A stretch of DNA of 64,000 nucleotides from a virus. The stretch spans positions 32,001 to 96,000 of IMG/VR virus record IMGVR_UViG_3300045988_076196; one strand, given 5' to 3'. A model generated the notes under the pieces. It was given only the letters and a program-made list of their open reading frames with translations. It did no database searches and was not told the DNA's origin. This document shows, one piece after another, positions 44,383 through 55,005 of the stretch. Each line of letters begins with the position of its first letter. The stretch's first letter is position 1. The translations under genes were made by a program, and so were the position numbers.

Positions 44383-45837
44383 ATGATTAACATAACTGCT
44401 GAAGATTATAACGTCTTAAAACAACAATATATAAAAAAATATATGAAGCTTGAGCTACTTGACTTTCAATATAATGTAGTAGATGAGCTAAGTGGCAATA
44501 TGATTAGTTGCAGTATCAATGTTGATTCAAATAGTGATTTGCGGCGTTCGTGTGATTTAACATTTGTTGTCACTACTAGTACATTTGATATTAAATCAGG
44601 GCAGAAATTATGGTTAGATAAATTTGTCCGTCCGTATGTTGGCTATGAAAATATGCGAACTGGAAAAATCCAGTGGTATAATCAAGGTATATACCTAGTT
44701 AATAATCCGCAATGGTCATATGATGCGGCAACAAATGAAATCTCTATGCAGGCTCTTGATTTAATGAGTAAGCTAACCGGTTTGCGCAATGGTAATCTTG
44801 AGGGAATACCTACTAAAATAGCTAAAGATGAGAATGTACGTGAGGCTATTATTAGAACGATTGAATTGGGCGGATTTACCAAGTACGTATGCGAAGAATG
44901 TAAAACAAATGACGGCACGATAACGCCTGTTCCATACGATATTGAAATTGATGTGGGTGGCACAATATATGACATTTTATCTCAGTTACGTGATATTATG
45001 CCCAATTATCAAATATATTTTGATGTAGATGGGGTGTTTCATTATGAGCCGATTCCGCTTGCTAAGGACGACCCTGTTGTAATAGACGATGATTTATGGC
45101 CTTATTTGCTTGTATCAGAGAATATTAACACAGATTTTGAGAGCGTCAAGAATTATGTGGAGGTATATGGCCATACTTGGGACGTTAGTTATTACAGCTC
45201 ATCTGAAGACACCACGGTTGAAGGAAGAACCATCACGCCGAAATTTGCAGATTTGAAGGAATTAGCAAATGATACTGCAATAGGCATTACGTTACCAACA
45301 GCAATATCAAGCACAGAGCCAGTGTTGATAAATTTCTTAGGTACATTCATGGTGTTAGATATTGACAATAAAAATGTTACTAATTTAGATGCTGACACAG
45401 AGTATATTTTTCAATATGTGATACCAAAAGATAGTAGCGGTAATTTTTGGCGTTTTATGGGGCATCAGCAAGCACAAGCTATATCATATGATAACAATCC
45501 CTCTAGCCCGTTTTATGTAGGCGACCCGATAGGCTCTAGTTCAATAGGCCGAATCCGTATAGTGCTATATGGTGGTGAATATGATAATATTTACTCAGAT
45601 AATTTGGCTAAGCAAAGAGCGGATTTTGAAATATATCAGCGGTCACGGCTTAATGATAGCATTTCAATTGAATCTGTCCCAATTCCGTGGATAGACGTAA
45701 ATATTGTTATATCACATAGATTTGGGCAAAAGATGGAGCAATCAAAATATATAATCAAATCGTTTAATATTGATTATTCAACAGGTGGTACTATGAGTAT
45801 TAACGCTATTACATGGTATCCATATTATCCAGATTAA
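44383..45837 (+). CDS. Putative tail-associated or baseplate hub protein
   Basis: 484 aa, following the Dit-like gene. Confidence 0.4.
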   Translation: MINITAEDYNVLKQQYIKKYMKLELLDFQYNVVDELSGNMISCSINVDSNSDLRRSCDLTFVVTTSTFDIKSGQKLWLDKFVRPYVGYENMRTGKIQWYNQGIYLVNNPQWSYDAATNEISMQALDLMSKLTGLRNGNLEGIPTKIAKDENVREAIIRTIELGGFTKYVCEECKTNDGTITPVPYDIEIDVGGTIYDILSQLRDIMPNYQIYFDVDGVFHYEPIPLAKDDPVVIDDDLWPYLLVSENINTDFESVKNYVEVYGHTWDVSYYSSSEDTTVEGRTITPKFADLKELANDTAIGITLPTAISSTEPVLINFLGTFMVLDIDNKNVTNLDADTEYIFQYVIPKDSSGNFWRFMGHQQAQAISYDNNPSSPFYVGDPIGSSSIGRIRIVLYGGEYDNIYSDNLAKQRADFEIYQRSRLNDSISIESVPIPWIDVNIVISHRFGQKMEQSKYIIKSFNIDYSTGGTMSINAITWYPYYPD

Positions 45838-45854
45838 AATAGGGAGGTGCTTTA

Positions 45855-46169
45855 ATGGCAACAAAATACCCTAACGAAATTCAGACATTCCCGACAATGC
45901 AGGATATTATAGCTGAAGATGCAGTAGCTGTCGTTGCATATCAGAAAGCAATGCAAGATGGTGATATCAACGCGGCGCAAGTTGCATTGTCTGGAATTTC
46001 TAATTATAACACAAAAATAATTACAGCAGACCTTATTAACACCATTCTTGATACATGCACAGAAGTGCAAAAATATTATACGGCTCGATATAGCCCCGCA
46101 TATATTGTATCCTCTACTCAGCCGATAACACAGCAACCTACAGATTTTTGGTTTGAGGTGACGGCATGA
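45855..46169 (+). CDS. Hypothetical tail-module protein
   Basis: GGGAGGTG lies upstream. The antisense ORF 45852-46247 was rejected. Confidence 0.55.
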   Translation: MATKYPNEIQTFPTMQDIIAEDAVAVVAYQKAMQDGDINAAQVALSGISNYNTKIITADLINTILDTCTEVQKYYTARYSPAYIVSSTQPITQQPTDFWFEVTA

Positions 46170-46657
46170 AATACCAAGATATTCATCTTGAAGATAAGGC
46201 GTTATGGACTCAATTTCAAACTGAATGGAATAACGGGAATTATGCAACGGCTATTGCACTATTAAAAAATGCGGCTTTAACCAATAAGCAACTAAATGCC
46301 GCAGTTATCAACGATATTACAACTGTAATTACCGCATTAGAAAATCAGAAAGATGATTCATTCAAGACCGATAAAATCAAGGTTGCAACAGAGCCACCAA
46401 GCGGTATGTCTATTGGAGAGATATATTTCAAGATGCTCAGTGCAATCAGCGATTACAATATGCCTGATTCATATTATATCGACCCAACGGAAAAGACGGC
46501 AACAGGATATGATTCAGTCAAATTAAAGGCATTAGCCGATAAAACATATCTTACTAATAATACAGCTCAATTATTTGGAGAAAGTTGGCCCAATCTAAAT
46601 GTAGATAAGGCACTATTTGATTTAGAGACAATGTTGCTAAATATAAAACAGGCTTGA
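46166..46657 (+). CDS. Hypothetical tail-module protein
   Basis: ATGA overlap with the previous gene. Confidence 0.55.
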   Translation: MKYQDIHLEDKALWTQFQTEWNNGNYATAIALLKNAALTNKQLNAAVINDITTVITALENQKDDSFKTDKIKVATEPPSGMSIGEIYFKMLSAISDYNMPDSYYIDPTEKTATGYDSVKLKALADKTYLTNNTAQLFGESWPNLNVDKALFDLETMLLNIKQA

Positions 46658-46673
46658 TAGGAGATGATAGAGA

Positions 46674-47810
46674 TTGGCAGATAAAAAGGAAACATTGCAT
46701 CAAAAAACAAGTAGCGGCGCATATGATACATTGTATGTAAATACGACCGCAACACGCACCTTTGTCAGCTCTAGCATTAACACTAAGCTAGGATTGACAA
46801 ATGGCAACATTGACCAAGCTATAGCACGAGTTGTAAGCGATTTGAAAAATACAGGTTTAATTCATATTCGTGTAACAGATAATAGCGGTATACCTATAGT
46901 AGGGGCTGTTATTACAGGATTAGAAAACACAGTTACAACTGGTGAAAACGGTGAGGTATTTGGGAAAATTGGCAATGCTACGTCTATGACCGTAACTCCG
47001 CCATATGCTGATTTTTTACCAAAAACAGTATCGCTTAGCACCTATGTGTCATCTTTTAGTATTTTTGTTGTGAGACTCGATAGGATTGCAGATAATACAA
47101 TAAATAGATATAGCAGCTCTACTACTCTAAGATTTTCAAATAATGTTGCATCGGTTGACGTTTGTTGCGTAGCAGGCGGCGGCGCTGGAGGCGGATATAC
47201 AGCATATAGCCAAAATGGTGGCGGTGGCGGTGGCGCTATTGTAAATTCTTATAATATTGCCGTCACTCCTGATACTGATTATCCGCTAATTGTTGGCTCT
47301 GGTGGCTTATATGAAAGAAGTGTAGGAACTGGTGGTGGCGGTTCAGCTTCTGCGGCAGATGGCGGTGAAACGTCATTTATGGGAGTAGTTGCGGCTGGTG
47401 GCAAAGGCGGTCAAGCTACTGCTGGCGGTGCGGCAGGTGCTGAAGGATGCGGCAATGGTGCTCATGCTGCGAATGGTGAAGCAAGCACTGTAGCAGAATT
47501 TGACGATACCAGTGCTGTACCACTACGATATTCAGGTGGAGGTGGCGGTGGATATTCAAGTAATGCCAACTTAAACCCACCACAAGAAATACCATACTAT
47601 GCTGGTGGCGAACCAAACGGCGCAGATGGCGCAGCTGTAAGATATATAATGGGTAGAGAAGAAACCAGAGTCGCTAGTGTAGCCAGTATTGGCGGTGGTG
47701 GAGGCGGCATGGCTGTTAGTCCAGCCAGTTCATCTACTAGTATTAGAACAATAATTGACGGCTCATCTGGTGGTAACGGTATAGTTGCAGTTCGCATTCA
47801 TTTTAAGTAA
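46674..47810 (+). CDS. Glycine-rich fibre or baseplate protein, paralogue A
   Basis: TTG start. It has a CarboxypepD_reg-like segment (IHIRVTDNSGIPIVGAVITG), several GGGGxG tracts, and a C-terminal GGNGIVAVRIHF. Confidence 0.55.
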   Translation: MADKKETLHQKTSSGAYDTLYVNTTATRTFVSSSINTKLGLTNGNIDQAIARVVSDLKNTGLIHIRVTDNSGIPIVGAVITGLENTVTTGENGEVFGKIGNATSMTVTPPYADFLPKTVSLSTYVSSFSIFVVRLDRIADNTINRYSSSTTLRFSNNVASVDVCCVAGGGAGGGYTAYSQNGGGGGGAIVNSYNIAVTPDTDYPLIVGSGGLYERSVGTGGGGSASAADGGETSFMGVVAAGGKGGQATAGGAAGAEGCGNGAHAANGEASTVAEFDDTSAVPLRYSGGGGGGYSSNANLNPPQEIPYYAGGEPNGADGAAVRYIMGREETRVASVASIGGGGGGMAVSPASSSTSIRTIIDGSSGGNGIVAVRIHFK

Positions 47811-47827
47811 AGGAGGGCTGATGAATA

Positions 47828-49006
47828 TTGGCAGATAAAAATATTACAATTCGACAATTGAATAATGATGAAAATTATGACAAATTATATCCTACGACTA
47901 TAGCTGAGCAGTTAAAACTCAGTGCTAATACATCAGCTCTATTTGGCACATCTGTTAAGGATGCCGATGCCGCAATGGGTGTAATATGCGACCAGCTTGC
48001 AGATTTGAAATTTGTAACGATTAAAGTTGTAGACCGCACAGGAAATGGGTTGGCGGGCGTTCCTATTCAGGGGCTTGCTGGCACACCCAAGACAGGTAAT
48101 GACGGTACGGTTCGAGGCGTATGGATTAGTGACCCTGTTACAGCTGTATCACCTTATGTTGATTTGGCTAGTATATCTGATAACGCAGAATCATATGCTG
48201 GCACATTTAATGTGTTAACGCTTACATTGCCTTCTCTTTCCAATAATACAACTATTGATTATAAATCATCTACTACAGTCAGATTCAGCCGTAATGTAAA
48301 GAACATAGATGTATGTTGTGTTGGCGGAGGCGGTGGCGGTGTTTTACCATCTGATTCTACAGGCTCTCTTGGCGGAGGTGCAGGTACTGGTGGTGGCGGT
48401 GCTGGCATCGTAAATGCTATCGGCTATTATCCTCCAATTAACACTGATATCTCAATTATAGTTGGCACTGGTGGAGCAGTGGAAACCGCTTGGTATTATC
48501 TTAAAAATAGCGGTGTTCGTGCTGGTAATTCAAGTTTTGGTGATATTGTCGCATATGGCGGCACTAGTGGCTATTATACAGAAGTTGGAACTGGTAGATT
48601 TATATACCATGGTGGTGTTGAGGGAAGTTCTGGGTCTGGCAATGGCGGCGGATTTAGTTCTACTGTTGTCACTGAAGAGGATGGTAACGGCAAGGCAAAC
48701 ACCACTCTTTCAAAATTTAATGAAGGCGTAACATTCTATTCTGGCGGTGGCGGTATAGGCTATTATAATCCTGTTCAAGATGCATATGGACAAGAATATT
48801 ATCAGAGTTTTTCAGGCGGAAAGCCGAATGGCGCAGATGGTGGCGAAGTTCGTAAAAGATCTGGTACAGGCTATGATGTAACTGATGCAACAAAAGCTGG
48901 TATCGGTGGCGGTGGTGGTGGAGGCTATTATCATACTTCCACAGATTATGCAAATGCATCTGCTGGTGGTCAAGGGCTAGTATCTATCCGCATTCACTTA
49001 TATTGA
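47828..49006 (+). CDS. Glycine-rich fibre or baseplate protein, paralogue B
   Basis: The same architecture (MADKN..., VTIKVVDRTGNGLAGVPIQG, GGGGGG tracts, GGQGLVSIRIHLY). Confidence 0.55.
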   Translation: MADKNITIRQLNNDENYDKLYPTTIAEQLKLSANTSALFGTSVKDADAAMGVICDQLADLKFVTIKVVDRTGNGLAGVPIQGLAGTPKTGNDGTVRGVWISDPVTAVSPYVDLASISDNAESYAGTFNVLTLTLPSLSNNTTIDYKSSTTVRFSRNVKNIDVCCVGGGGGGVLPSDSTGSLGGGAGTGGGGAGIVNAIGYYPPINTDISIIVGTGGAVETAWYYLKNSGVRAGNSSFGDIVAYGGTSGYYTEVGTGRFIYHGGVEGSSGSGNGGGFSSTVVTEEDGNGKANTTLSKFNEGVTFYSGGGGIGYYNPVQDAYGQEYYQSFSGGKPNGADGGEVRKRSGTGYDVTDATKAGIGGGGGGGYYHTSTDYANASAGGQGLVSIRIHLY

Positions 49007-49023
49007 TAATGAGGTAATATGAT

Positions 49024-49236
49024 ATGAAATATTGTATTGTAGAAAATGGTATTGTAACAAATATTATCCTATGTGATAATGAAGAATCAGCAAATAAATT
49101 AGGAGCGGTGGCATATTACGATGGGGCAAAAATCGGCTCAAAATATGACCCATATAATTATTATGCTCTACAGGAATTACGCCAAAAGGTAGCCGACCAA
49201 GAGGAATTGATTGGGCTACTAACTGGCACAGTATAA
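49024..49236 (+). CDS. Small fibre-associated protein
   Basis: The N-terminus MKYCIVENGIVTNIILCD is typical of small proteins found next to phage fibre genes. Confidence 0.45.
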   Translation: MKYCIVENGIVTNIILCDNEESANKLGAVAYYDGAKIGSKYDPYNYYALQELRQKVADQEELIGLLTGTV

Positions 49237-49259
49237 AAATGGATTAGGAGGAATAATAA

Positions 49260-49589
49260 ATGAGTGCAGAACAAATTGTTAATCTAATTGTAGCGGTATT
49301 GGCTGGTCTAGCTACGTGTATTCCACTTGCTATGAAGCTGATACAGTATGTCAAGAAGGCAACTCAAGAAAAGAATTGGGCTGGCTTGCTTGACCTAGTT
49401 ATGAAGCTAATGGAACAAGCTGAAAAGAAATTTGCTGATGGCGCGACCCGTAAAGAATGGGTCATGGCTATGGTTCAGACTAGCGCAGAATATGTACAGT
49501 ATCCAATGGACGTTCAGGCTCTTAGTGACATGATTGACCAGTTGACCAATTTGACTAAGAATGTCAACGTAAAGAAGGAGAGTAAGTAA
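49260..49589 (+). CDS. Holin (LL-H-like: one N-terminal TM and a long helical tail)
   Basis: TM segment IVNLIVAVLAGLATCIPLAMKLI. It lies directly upstream of the lysin. Confidence 0.55.
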   Translation: MSAEQIVNLIVAVLAGLATCIPLAMKLIQYVKKATQEKNWAGLLDLVMKLMEQAEKKFADGATRKEWVMAMVQTSAEYVQYPMDVQALSDMIDQLTNLTKNVNVKKESK

Positions 49590-50281
49590 TGGGCATTATG
49601 ACCAATCTTGAACTTGCAAAGAAGCATGAGGAAGTAGCTAAGAAATATAAGACGATTTATGCTTGGGGCTGTTTTGGTATGCCATGCACTCAGCAGATTC
49701 TAAATGAGAAGAAGGCGCAATATCCAGATTGGTACACTAGCCGTTGGAATATGTATCAGCAGAAAGTTGGTACAGGCACATTTCTGTTTGACTGCGTGAA
49801 TCTTACGAAGGGTATTTTGTGGGGCTGGAATGGTAATAAGAATGCTTATTATGGTGGAGCAAGATATGCCGCAAATGGTGTACCTGATGTAAGCGCAGAT
49901 GGTATGATTGCCAAATGCAAAAACGTGTCCAACACAAATTGGGATAAGATGGCTATTGGTGAAGGATTGTGGTTGCCGGGGCATTGGGGTCTATATATTG
50001 GCAATGGTCTAGCTGTGGAATGTACGCCAGCATGGAATAACTGTGTTCAAATTACGGCTGTTGGCAATATTGGCGCAAAGGCTGGTTATCCAACTAGAAA
50101 ATGGCAGAAGCATGGTAAGCTACCTTGGATTGATTATGTAGAATCCGAAGACGATAAGGAACATGCTGCAAATAAAGCCAAAGTAAAGAGCCGCTTTGGA
50201 TTTGACGATAAGACAATCGAGTTCCTAGATGGCTACAAATGGAATAAGGCGCTAATGGAAAAATTAGCGACCAAGCCATGA
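49589..50281 (+). CDS. Endolysin candidate (NlpC/P60-like Cys-His peptidase)
   Basis: FLFDCVNLTKGILWG (Cys) and PGHWGLYIGNGLAVECT (His). It has a TAATG overlap with the holin gene. Confidence 0.55.
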   Translation: MGIMTNLELAKKHEEVAKKYKTIYAWGCFGMPCTQQILNEKKAQYPDWYTSRWNMYQQKVGTGTFLFDCVNLTKGILWGWNGNKNAYYGGARYAANGVPDVSADGMIAKCKNVSNTNWDKMAIGEGLWLPGHWGLYIGNGLAVECTPAWNNCVQITAVGNIGAKAGYPTRKWQKHGKLPWIDYVESEDDKEHAANKAKVKSRFGFDDKTIEFLDGYKWNKALMEKLATKP

Positions 50282-50535
50282 TGAGGCTTAGTTATAAGCG
50301 AAGATGGAGTAAAGGGCAGATGAGCAAAACAATCGTTCTGTACTGCATTAGGGCAATTACCCTAATTGCAGTATGGGCGGTTGCCGTAAAGACATATGCT
50401 GTGTTCAAATGGGGTGCAACTGATATTAGTGATGTACTGATATTCTCTGCAACAGCATTTGGTGGTGAATTGCTCTTACTGGCCTTTAAGCGCGTCTTTG
50501 CTAAGAAGAATGAAAATCCAGATGATTACAATTAA
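50278..50535 (+). CDS. Two-TM membrane protein (second holin or antiholin candidate)
   Basis: ATGA overlap with the lysin gene. The TM segments are IVLYCIRAITLIAVWAVAV and VLIFSATAFGGELLLLAF. Confidence 0.5.
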   Translation: MMRLSYKRRWSKGQMSKTIVLYCIRAITLIAVWAVAVKTYAVFKWGATDISDVLIFSATAFGGELLLLAFKRVFAKKNENPDDYN

Positions 50536-50551
50536 ATAAATAAGAAAGGAG

Positions 50552-51262
50552 TTGGTAGAGGTGAATATAACATTAACTGGTACTAAAGTATCTCTTGATA
50601 CACATACTCTTGCGTTTGCAAAGAATAATCTTGTTAATGAAATTATATGCACTGTAGACACCGATGAGTCATGGACTTATAGAATTGATGTCCTATACTC
50701 ACAAACAGATTGCTCCGGAAATCCGTTGTATAATATTATCAATTTGAATAGAACGGGCAATGTATGCTCTGCACTACTCACAATTGCTATGTTGCCATTT
50801 AGCGGCAAATATACTATGCAGTTGCGTAGCATAAAAGACCAACAGATATATCATAGTGATATTTTTGAAGTGTGGGTTAAGTATAGTATTGACCCTAGTA
50901 ACGTATATGACCCAGTTCCTAGCGAATTTTATCAAATTGAAGATAATATTATTGAGATAAACAATCATCCTCCTTATCCTGATATTAGTGGATTCTGGAT
51001 GATATGGGATCCAACTACGCATCAATACGAGCTTAGTACAATTCCGGTTCCTACTGAAGCTGGTGGAGATAAGACATATATTCATAAGCAGGTCATTGCC
51101 TCTAACACATGGGAAATTACGCATAATTTATATAAATATCCATCTGTATCTGTTGTGGATACAGGTGGCAATGTTGTGATTGGTGATGTGGAATATACCA
51201 GCTTGAATACATTGGTAATAACATTTACAGCTCCATTCAGCGGAACGGCGTATCTTAATTGA
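50552..51262 (+). CDS. Tail fibre module protein
   Basis: GTG start after GGAGTTGG, in an ORF array of fibre genes. Confidence 0.5.
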   Translation: MVEVNITLTGTKVSLDTHTLAFAKNNLVNEIICTVDTDESWTYRIDVLYSQTDCSGNPLYNIINLNRTGNVCSALLTIAMLPFSGKYTMQLRSIKDQQIYHSDIFEVWVKYSIDPSNVYDPVPSEFYQIEDNIIEINNHPPYPDISGFWMIWDPTTHQYELSTIPVPTEAGGDKTYIHKQVIASNTWEITHNLYKYPSVSVVDTGGNVVIGDVEYTSLNTLVITFTAPFSGTAYLN

Positions 51263-51286
51263 TATAAATAAGGAGGACAATATTTT

Positions 51287-52981
51287 ATGCAATTTTTAAC
51301 TAATCTAAATCTTTTGTCCAATGAATTACAAAATGCAGTCATTCAGGTATTGGCTACAGACCCAACTAATAGCAAAATTGGACAAATTTATTATAACAGT
51401 GCAGATAAGGCACTAATGCAATATGATGGCACACAATGGAAAAAAGTAGGCGTTGTGTATCAGCAAGGCTCTACTACTGGTGCTGTCATTACTGGACTTG
51501 ATGATACTGGTAATGTAACCACCACAAACGTTGTAGGGCTTACCCTAAATGGGTATGAGCCTGTTGAAGGCGGCTATGTTTCTGATAAGATGGCGCTAGG
51601 CGCGGCAATCAAAGCCCTAGATACAGCTGTTCAAAATGCTGTAGCTGGTGGTGGTGAAGTTAACCAAAACGCATGGAGCAATATCAGCGTTAAGAAACAA
51701 AGCACGGCTACTACAGCTGTTACAGGGGCTACGGCTGATACTACGATTCAGGCTAGTACTAAGACTGATACATTTGCTGTTGCATCTGGTAACAAGTGGG
51801 TCGATATTGGCTCTGATGATAAGCAAATTAATATTGGGCATAGCTTGAGCGGCGTTACAGCTGGTACTACAGGTGCGGCCAATTCTGTCCCTGCTATTAC
51901 AGTGGATGCGGCTGGTCATATTACTAAGGTAGAGGCTAAGACAATTACCCCAGCAGCTATTGGTGCAGCTACCACAGCACAAGCAGAGGCGGCACAGAAT
52001 GCGGCTGAAGCGGCACAAGCTAGTGCTGATGCGAAGGTGGCATCTGTTGGTGCTGCTTCTAACGGTGGTATTGCTGTTGGTGGAACTGCTACTGCACCCA
52101 CTGTTGGCATCAAGCTAGATCCAGCAACAGGAAATGCAGCTACCCTAGGTGCAGCTGGCCTTATGGTTACTATCCCAGAAGTGAAAGTACCAGTATATGA
52201 TATTGTAAAAGATGCTGATAGCGGCGATTATGCGGCTATTTATCATCTGACAAAAGATGGCGTTAACACTGGCGCAGCAATCAATATCCCAAAAGACCTG
52301 TTTGTTAAATCAGGTGAAATTGTGGATAATCCTGCTGGTCAACCAGCGGGTAAATATATTGAGCTAACCCTACAAAATCAGACTGAGCCAATTTATATCA
52401 ACGTAGCTGACCTAGTTGATGCTTATACGGCTGGCAATGGTATTACTATCAGTGCGACCAATGAAGTATCCGCAAAGGTTGTTGCGGCTAATGGTCTATC
52501 TGTTGGTGCATCTGGTATTGCTATGGGGCTTGCATCTGCCGACGCAAACGGTGCAATGTCTAGTGACCAGTTTACTAAACTAGCAGGTATTGATGAAGGC
52601 GCAACAGCTGATACCATTACGCTCAATGGCACAGCAACTAAAACTCCTAGCTTCTATGCTCCAATTGCGGCTGGCACTAATGGGCAGCATCTAGTATCTA
52701 CTGGAACAGGTGCGCCTACTTGGCAGGATATGCCTACTATTCTTAAGAAATATACGGCTACTAATGGCGCTCTTACAGCAACTGGCGGCGCATTTACTTG
52801 GAATATTCCTGCGACAACTCATGGTGTCACAACCCCTGCTACTGTTCAGCTATTTGAGGTTGCCAGCAATGAACAAGTAATTGCTAATGTGGCGATTGCT
52901 GAGAATGGCAACGTGACAATTACAATTAACGGGAATGGCTCTCTTGCCGCTGATACATATAGAGCAGTAATTATTGGGTGA
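51287..52981 (+). CDS. Tail fibre protein
   Basis: 564 aa and rich in Ala, Thr and Gly, with fibre-like repeats. Confidence 0.55.
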   Translation: MQFLTNLNLLSNELQNAVIQVLATDPTNSKIGQIYYNSADKALMQYDGTQWKKVGVVYQQGSTTGAVITGLDDTGNVTTTNVVGLTLNGYEPVEGGYVSDKMALGAAIKALDTAVQNAVAGGGEVNQNAWSNISVKKQSTATTAVTGATADTTIQASTKTDTFAVASGNKWVDIGSDDKQINIGHSLSGVTAGTTGAANSVPAITVDAAGHITKVEAKTITPAAIGAATTAQAEAAQNAAEAAQASADAKVASVGAASNGGIAVGGTATAPTVGIKLDPATGNAATLGAAGLMVTIPEVKVPVYDIVKDADSGDYAAIYHLTKDGVNTGAAINIPKDLFVKSGEIVDNPAGQPAGKYIELTLQNQTEPIYINVADLVDAYTAGNGITISATNEVSAKVVAANGLSVGASGIAMGLASADANGAMSSDQFTKLAGIDEGATADTITLNGTATKTPSFYAPIAAGTNGQHLVSTGTGAPTWQDMPTILKKYTATNGALTATGGAFTWNIPATTHGVTTPATVQLFEVASNEQVIANVAIAENGNVTITINGNGSLAADTYRAVIIG

Positions 52982-52996
52982 TGGAGGTGCTAACCA

Positions 52997-54220
52997 ATGA
53001 AATATGTTGGCACCTATAGCGACCCTAAAGATATTGTTACTAAAGATAAGCTAGAAGCTGTAGCATCTAGGGTTTCAACCAATGAGGATAATATCGCTAT
53101 GGCTGAAAGTGATATAGAGGGGCTACAGACTAGTGTAGGCACATTACAGACAAATGTAGGAAATATCCAAACAGCTCTAACTAGCAAACAAGATACTGTA
53201 GTAGGTGCGGCTAGTACAATTACTGAGGATAATTTAACTGCAAGTCGCGTATTGGTATCTAATTCATCTGGTAAGGTAGCTGTATCTGATGTGACCTCAA
53301 CCGAGCTTGGCTATCTTGATGGCGTAACAAGTAATGTACAGACACAATTAAGTGGTAAACAACCAACTATATCCGTGTCCGGTATTCTTAAAGGGACAGG
53401 CAATGGAAATATAGAAGCGGCAGTGGCTGGCACAGATTATCTCGCCGAATCTGACCTGTACATCTGTACAGTTACTGCATCCGGCACGAGCTATACTGCT
53501 GATAAGACGCCGATAGAACTGCTGACAGCTTCGAGAGCTGGAAAACTCGTAGTAGCTAAGCTCAATGAAGCTGTATATTTTTTCGATGGCGGTAATTCTC
53601 AAATGGCGCTGTTTACGCGGGTACAAGATGCGAATGTTTATGGTCTGCGAGTTACAATTGGTGGAACGGTAATCTTAGCAACGACCAAATTGCAAGAAGC
53701 CGCACTTATCACCAACCTTGAAGCTAATAAGGATAATAACACATCTTATCCATCTGCAAAAGCTGTCTATGATGCAATTCCTCATCCTGATACTAAAACA
53801 GACGCTCAAACACAAGCAGTTGGTGTTGATACAGATGGTAAGTTGTGGACAAATGCCTCACCGGTTATAAGCGTTAATAGCAAAACAGGCGTAGTTCAGC
53901 TCAATGCTAGTGACGTTGGGGCGCTTTCTGATACTACTGTTGTCCCAAGTAAAACAAGTCAACTTGATAATGATAGTGGGTTTATTACATCTGCTCCTGT
54001 AACAAGTGTCAATGGGCAGACAGGCGCGGTTACACTTACAAAGAGCGATGTAGGACTGAGCAACGTCGATAACGTATCCGTAAACGCCCGCCTGAACCGT
54101 ACAACGAACGTCGCTACGGACGACGCGAATTATACAAACTACATGGCCCGTGGCGAGGCATTATTTTCTTATGAACATATTCCATCTGTTAATGGAACTA
54201 TTGCATGGCAATATGAGTGA
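52997..54220 (+). CDS. Tail fibre protein with GxTGxVxLxxxDVG repeats
   Basis: SVNSKTGVVQLNASDVGAL and SVNGQTGAVTLTKSDVGLSNVDN. Confidence 0.6.
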   Translation: MKYVGTYSDPKDIVTKDKLEAVASRVSTNEDNIAMAESDIEGLQTSVGTLQTNVGNIQTALTSKQDTVVGAASTITEDNLTASRVLVSNSSGKVAVSDVTSTELGYLDGVTSNVQTQLSGKQPTISVSGILKGTGNGNIEAAVAGTDYLAESDLYICTVTASGTSYTADKTPIELLTASRAGKLVVAKLNEAVYFFDGGNSQMALFTRVQDANVYGLRVTIGGTVILATTKLQEAALITNLEANKDNNTSYPSAKAVYDAIPHPDTKTDAQTQAVGVDTDGKLWTNASPVISVNSKTGVVQLNASDVGALSDTTVVPSKTSQLDNDSGFITSAPVTSVNGQTGAVTLTKSDVGLSNVDNVSVNARLNRTTNVATDDANYTNYMARGEALFSYEHIPSVNGTIAWQYE

Positions 54221-54229
54221 GGTGGCAAT

Positions 54230-54991
54230 ATGGCTGAAACATGGGTATTAAATACAAGTGTTACATTCTCGTCTTCTGTTGATACTGAAATAAACTTCAC
54301 ATCAAATGGGACTGCTTTTGTATACTTCAGGGTAGGCCTTCCAGAAGTATATTATTGCACTTCGACAAATCCGTTTTCTGGTTATGTAACTGTTTATAAT
54401 CGAAATAGTGGCTGGGTAAACGAGGCTTATCGCACTGTTGTATTTGATACTGCACCGACTGGCAATCTTCTGATATGGTTACAAGCCAATGGCACTAAGC
54501 AAGTCGACCCTGAACCAACGACACCTAAGCATGCTTGTTTAATAGATGGTACAGGATATTCTATTAAGCGGGGGAAGGTGTCAATTGGTGGTACTGGGTA
54601 CGATATCAAAAATGGAAAAGCATTGGTCGATGGCACAGCATACGATATCCCATTCACACCGAAATCATATGTTGTTACAGTAACATTAAGTAGCTATACT
54701 CACGTTATATATAATGACACACTCTATAGCTACGATACGGTTCTTTACGTCGCTCCGGGGGATTCGGTGCGATGTGTGGTTAGTGCTGCACTGCGATACG
54801 GTATGACTGACGTAGCCGTTAGAGTAAACGGAACTAAGGTTAAGACATCAAGTTTTGCGGGGCCTCCCCCACATAATCTGCCTCAATATAGTTATTACTA
54901 CGATTTTACGCCTGAATCTGATGCAACAATCACAGGAACGACAGTAGGGGGCGGTAACAGCAGTCACGGGGAAATTGATATTACAACGTAA
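54230..54991 (+). CDS. Fibre-associated protein with GTGY.IK.GK repeats
   Basis: DGTGYSIKRGKVSIGGTGYDIKNGKALVDGTAYDI. Confidence 0.5.
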   Translation: MAETWVLNTSVTFSSSVDTEINFTSNGTAFVYFRVGLPEVYYCTSTNPFSGYVTVYNRNSGWVNEAYRTVVFDTAPTGNLLIWLQANGTKQVDPEPTTPKHACLIDGTGYSIKRGKVSIGGTGYDIKNGKALVDGTAYDIPFTPKSYVVTVTLSSYTHVIYNDTLYSYDTVLYVAPGDSVRCVVSAALRYGMTDVAVRVNGTKVKTSSFAGPPPHNLPQYSYYYDFTPESDATITGTTVGGGNSSHGEIDITT

Positions 54992-55005
54992 AACAGGAGG
55001 CAAAA

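Noticed and set aside
47416-48959. Antisense or alternative-frame ORFs inside the glycine-rich genes (47416-47616, 47597-47797, 48462-48731, 48717-48959)
   Set aside because: They are artefacts of GGT/GGC-rich repeats (poly-Pro or poly-His-like translations) and have no SD.
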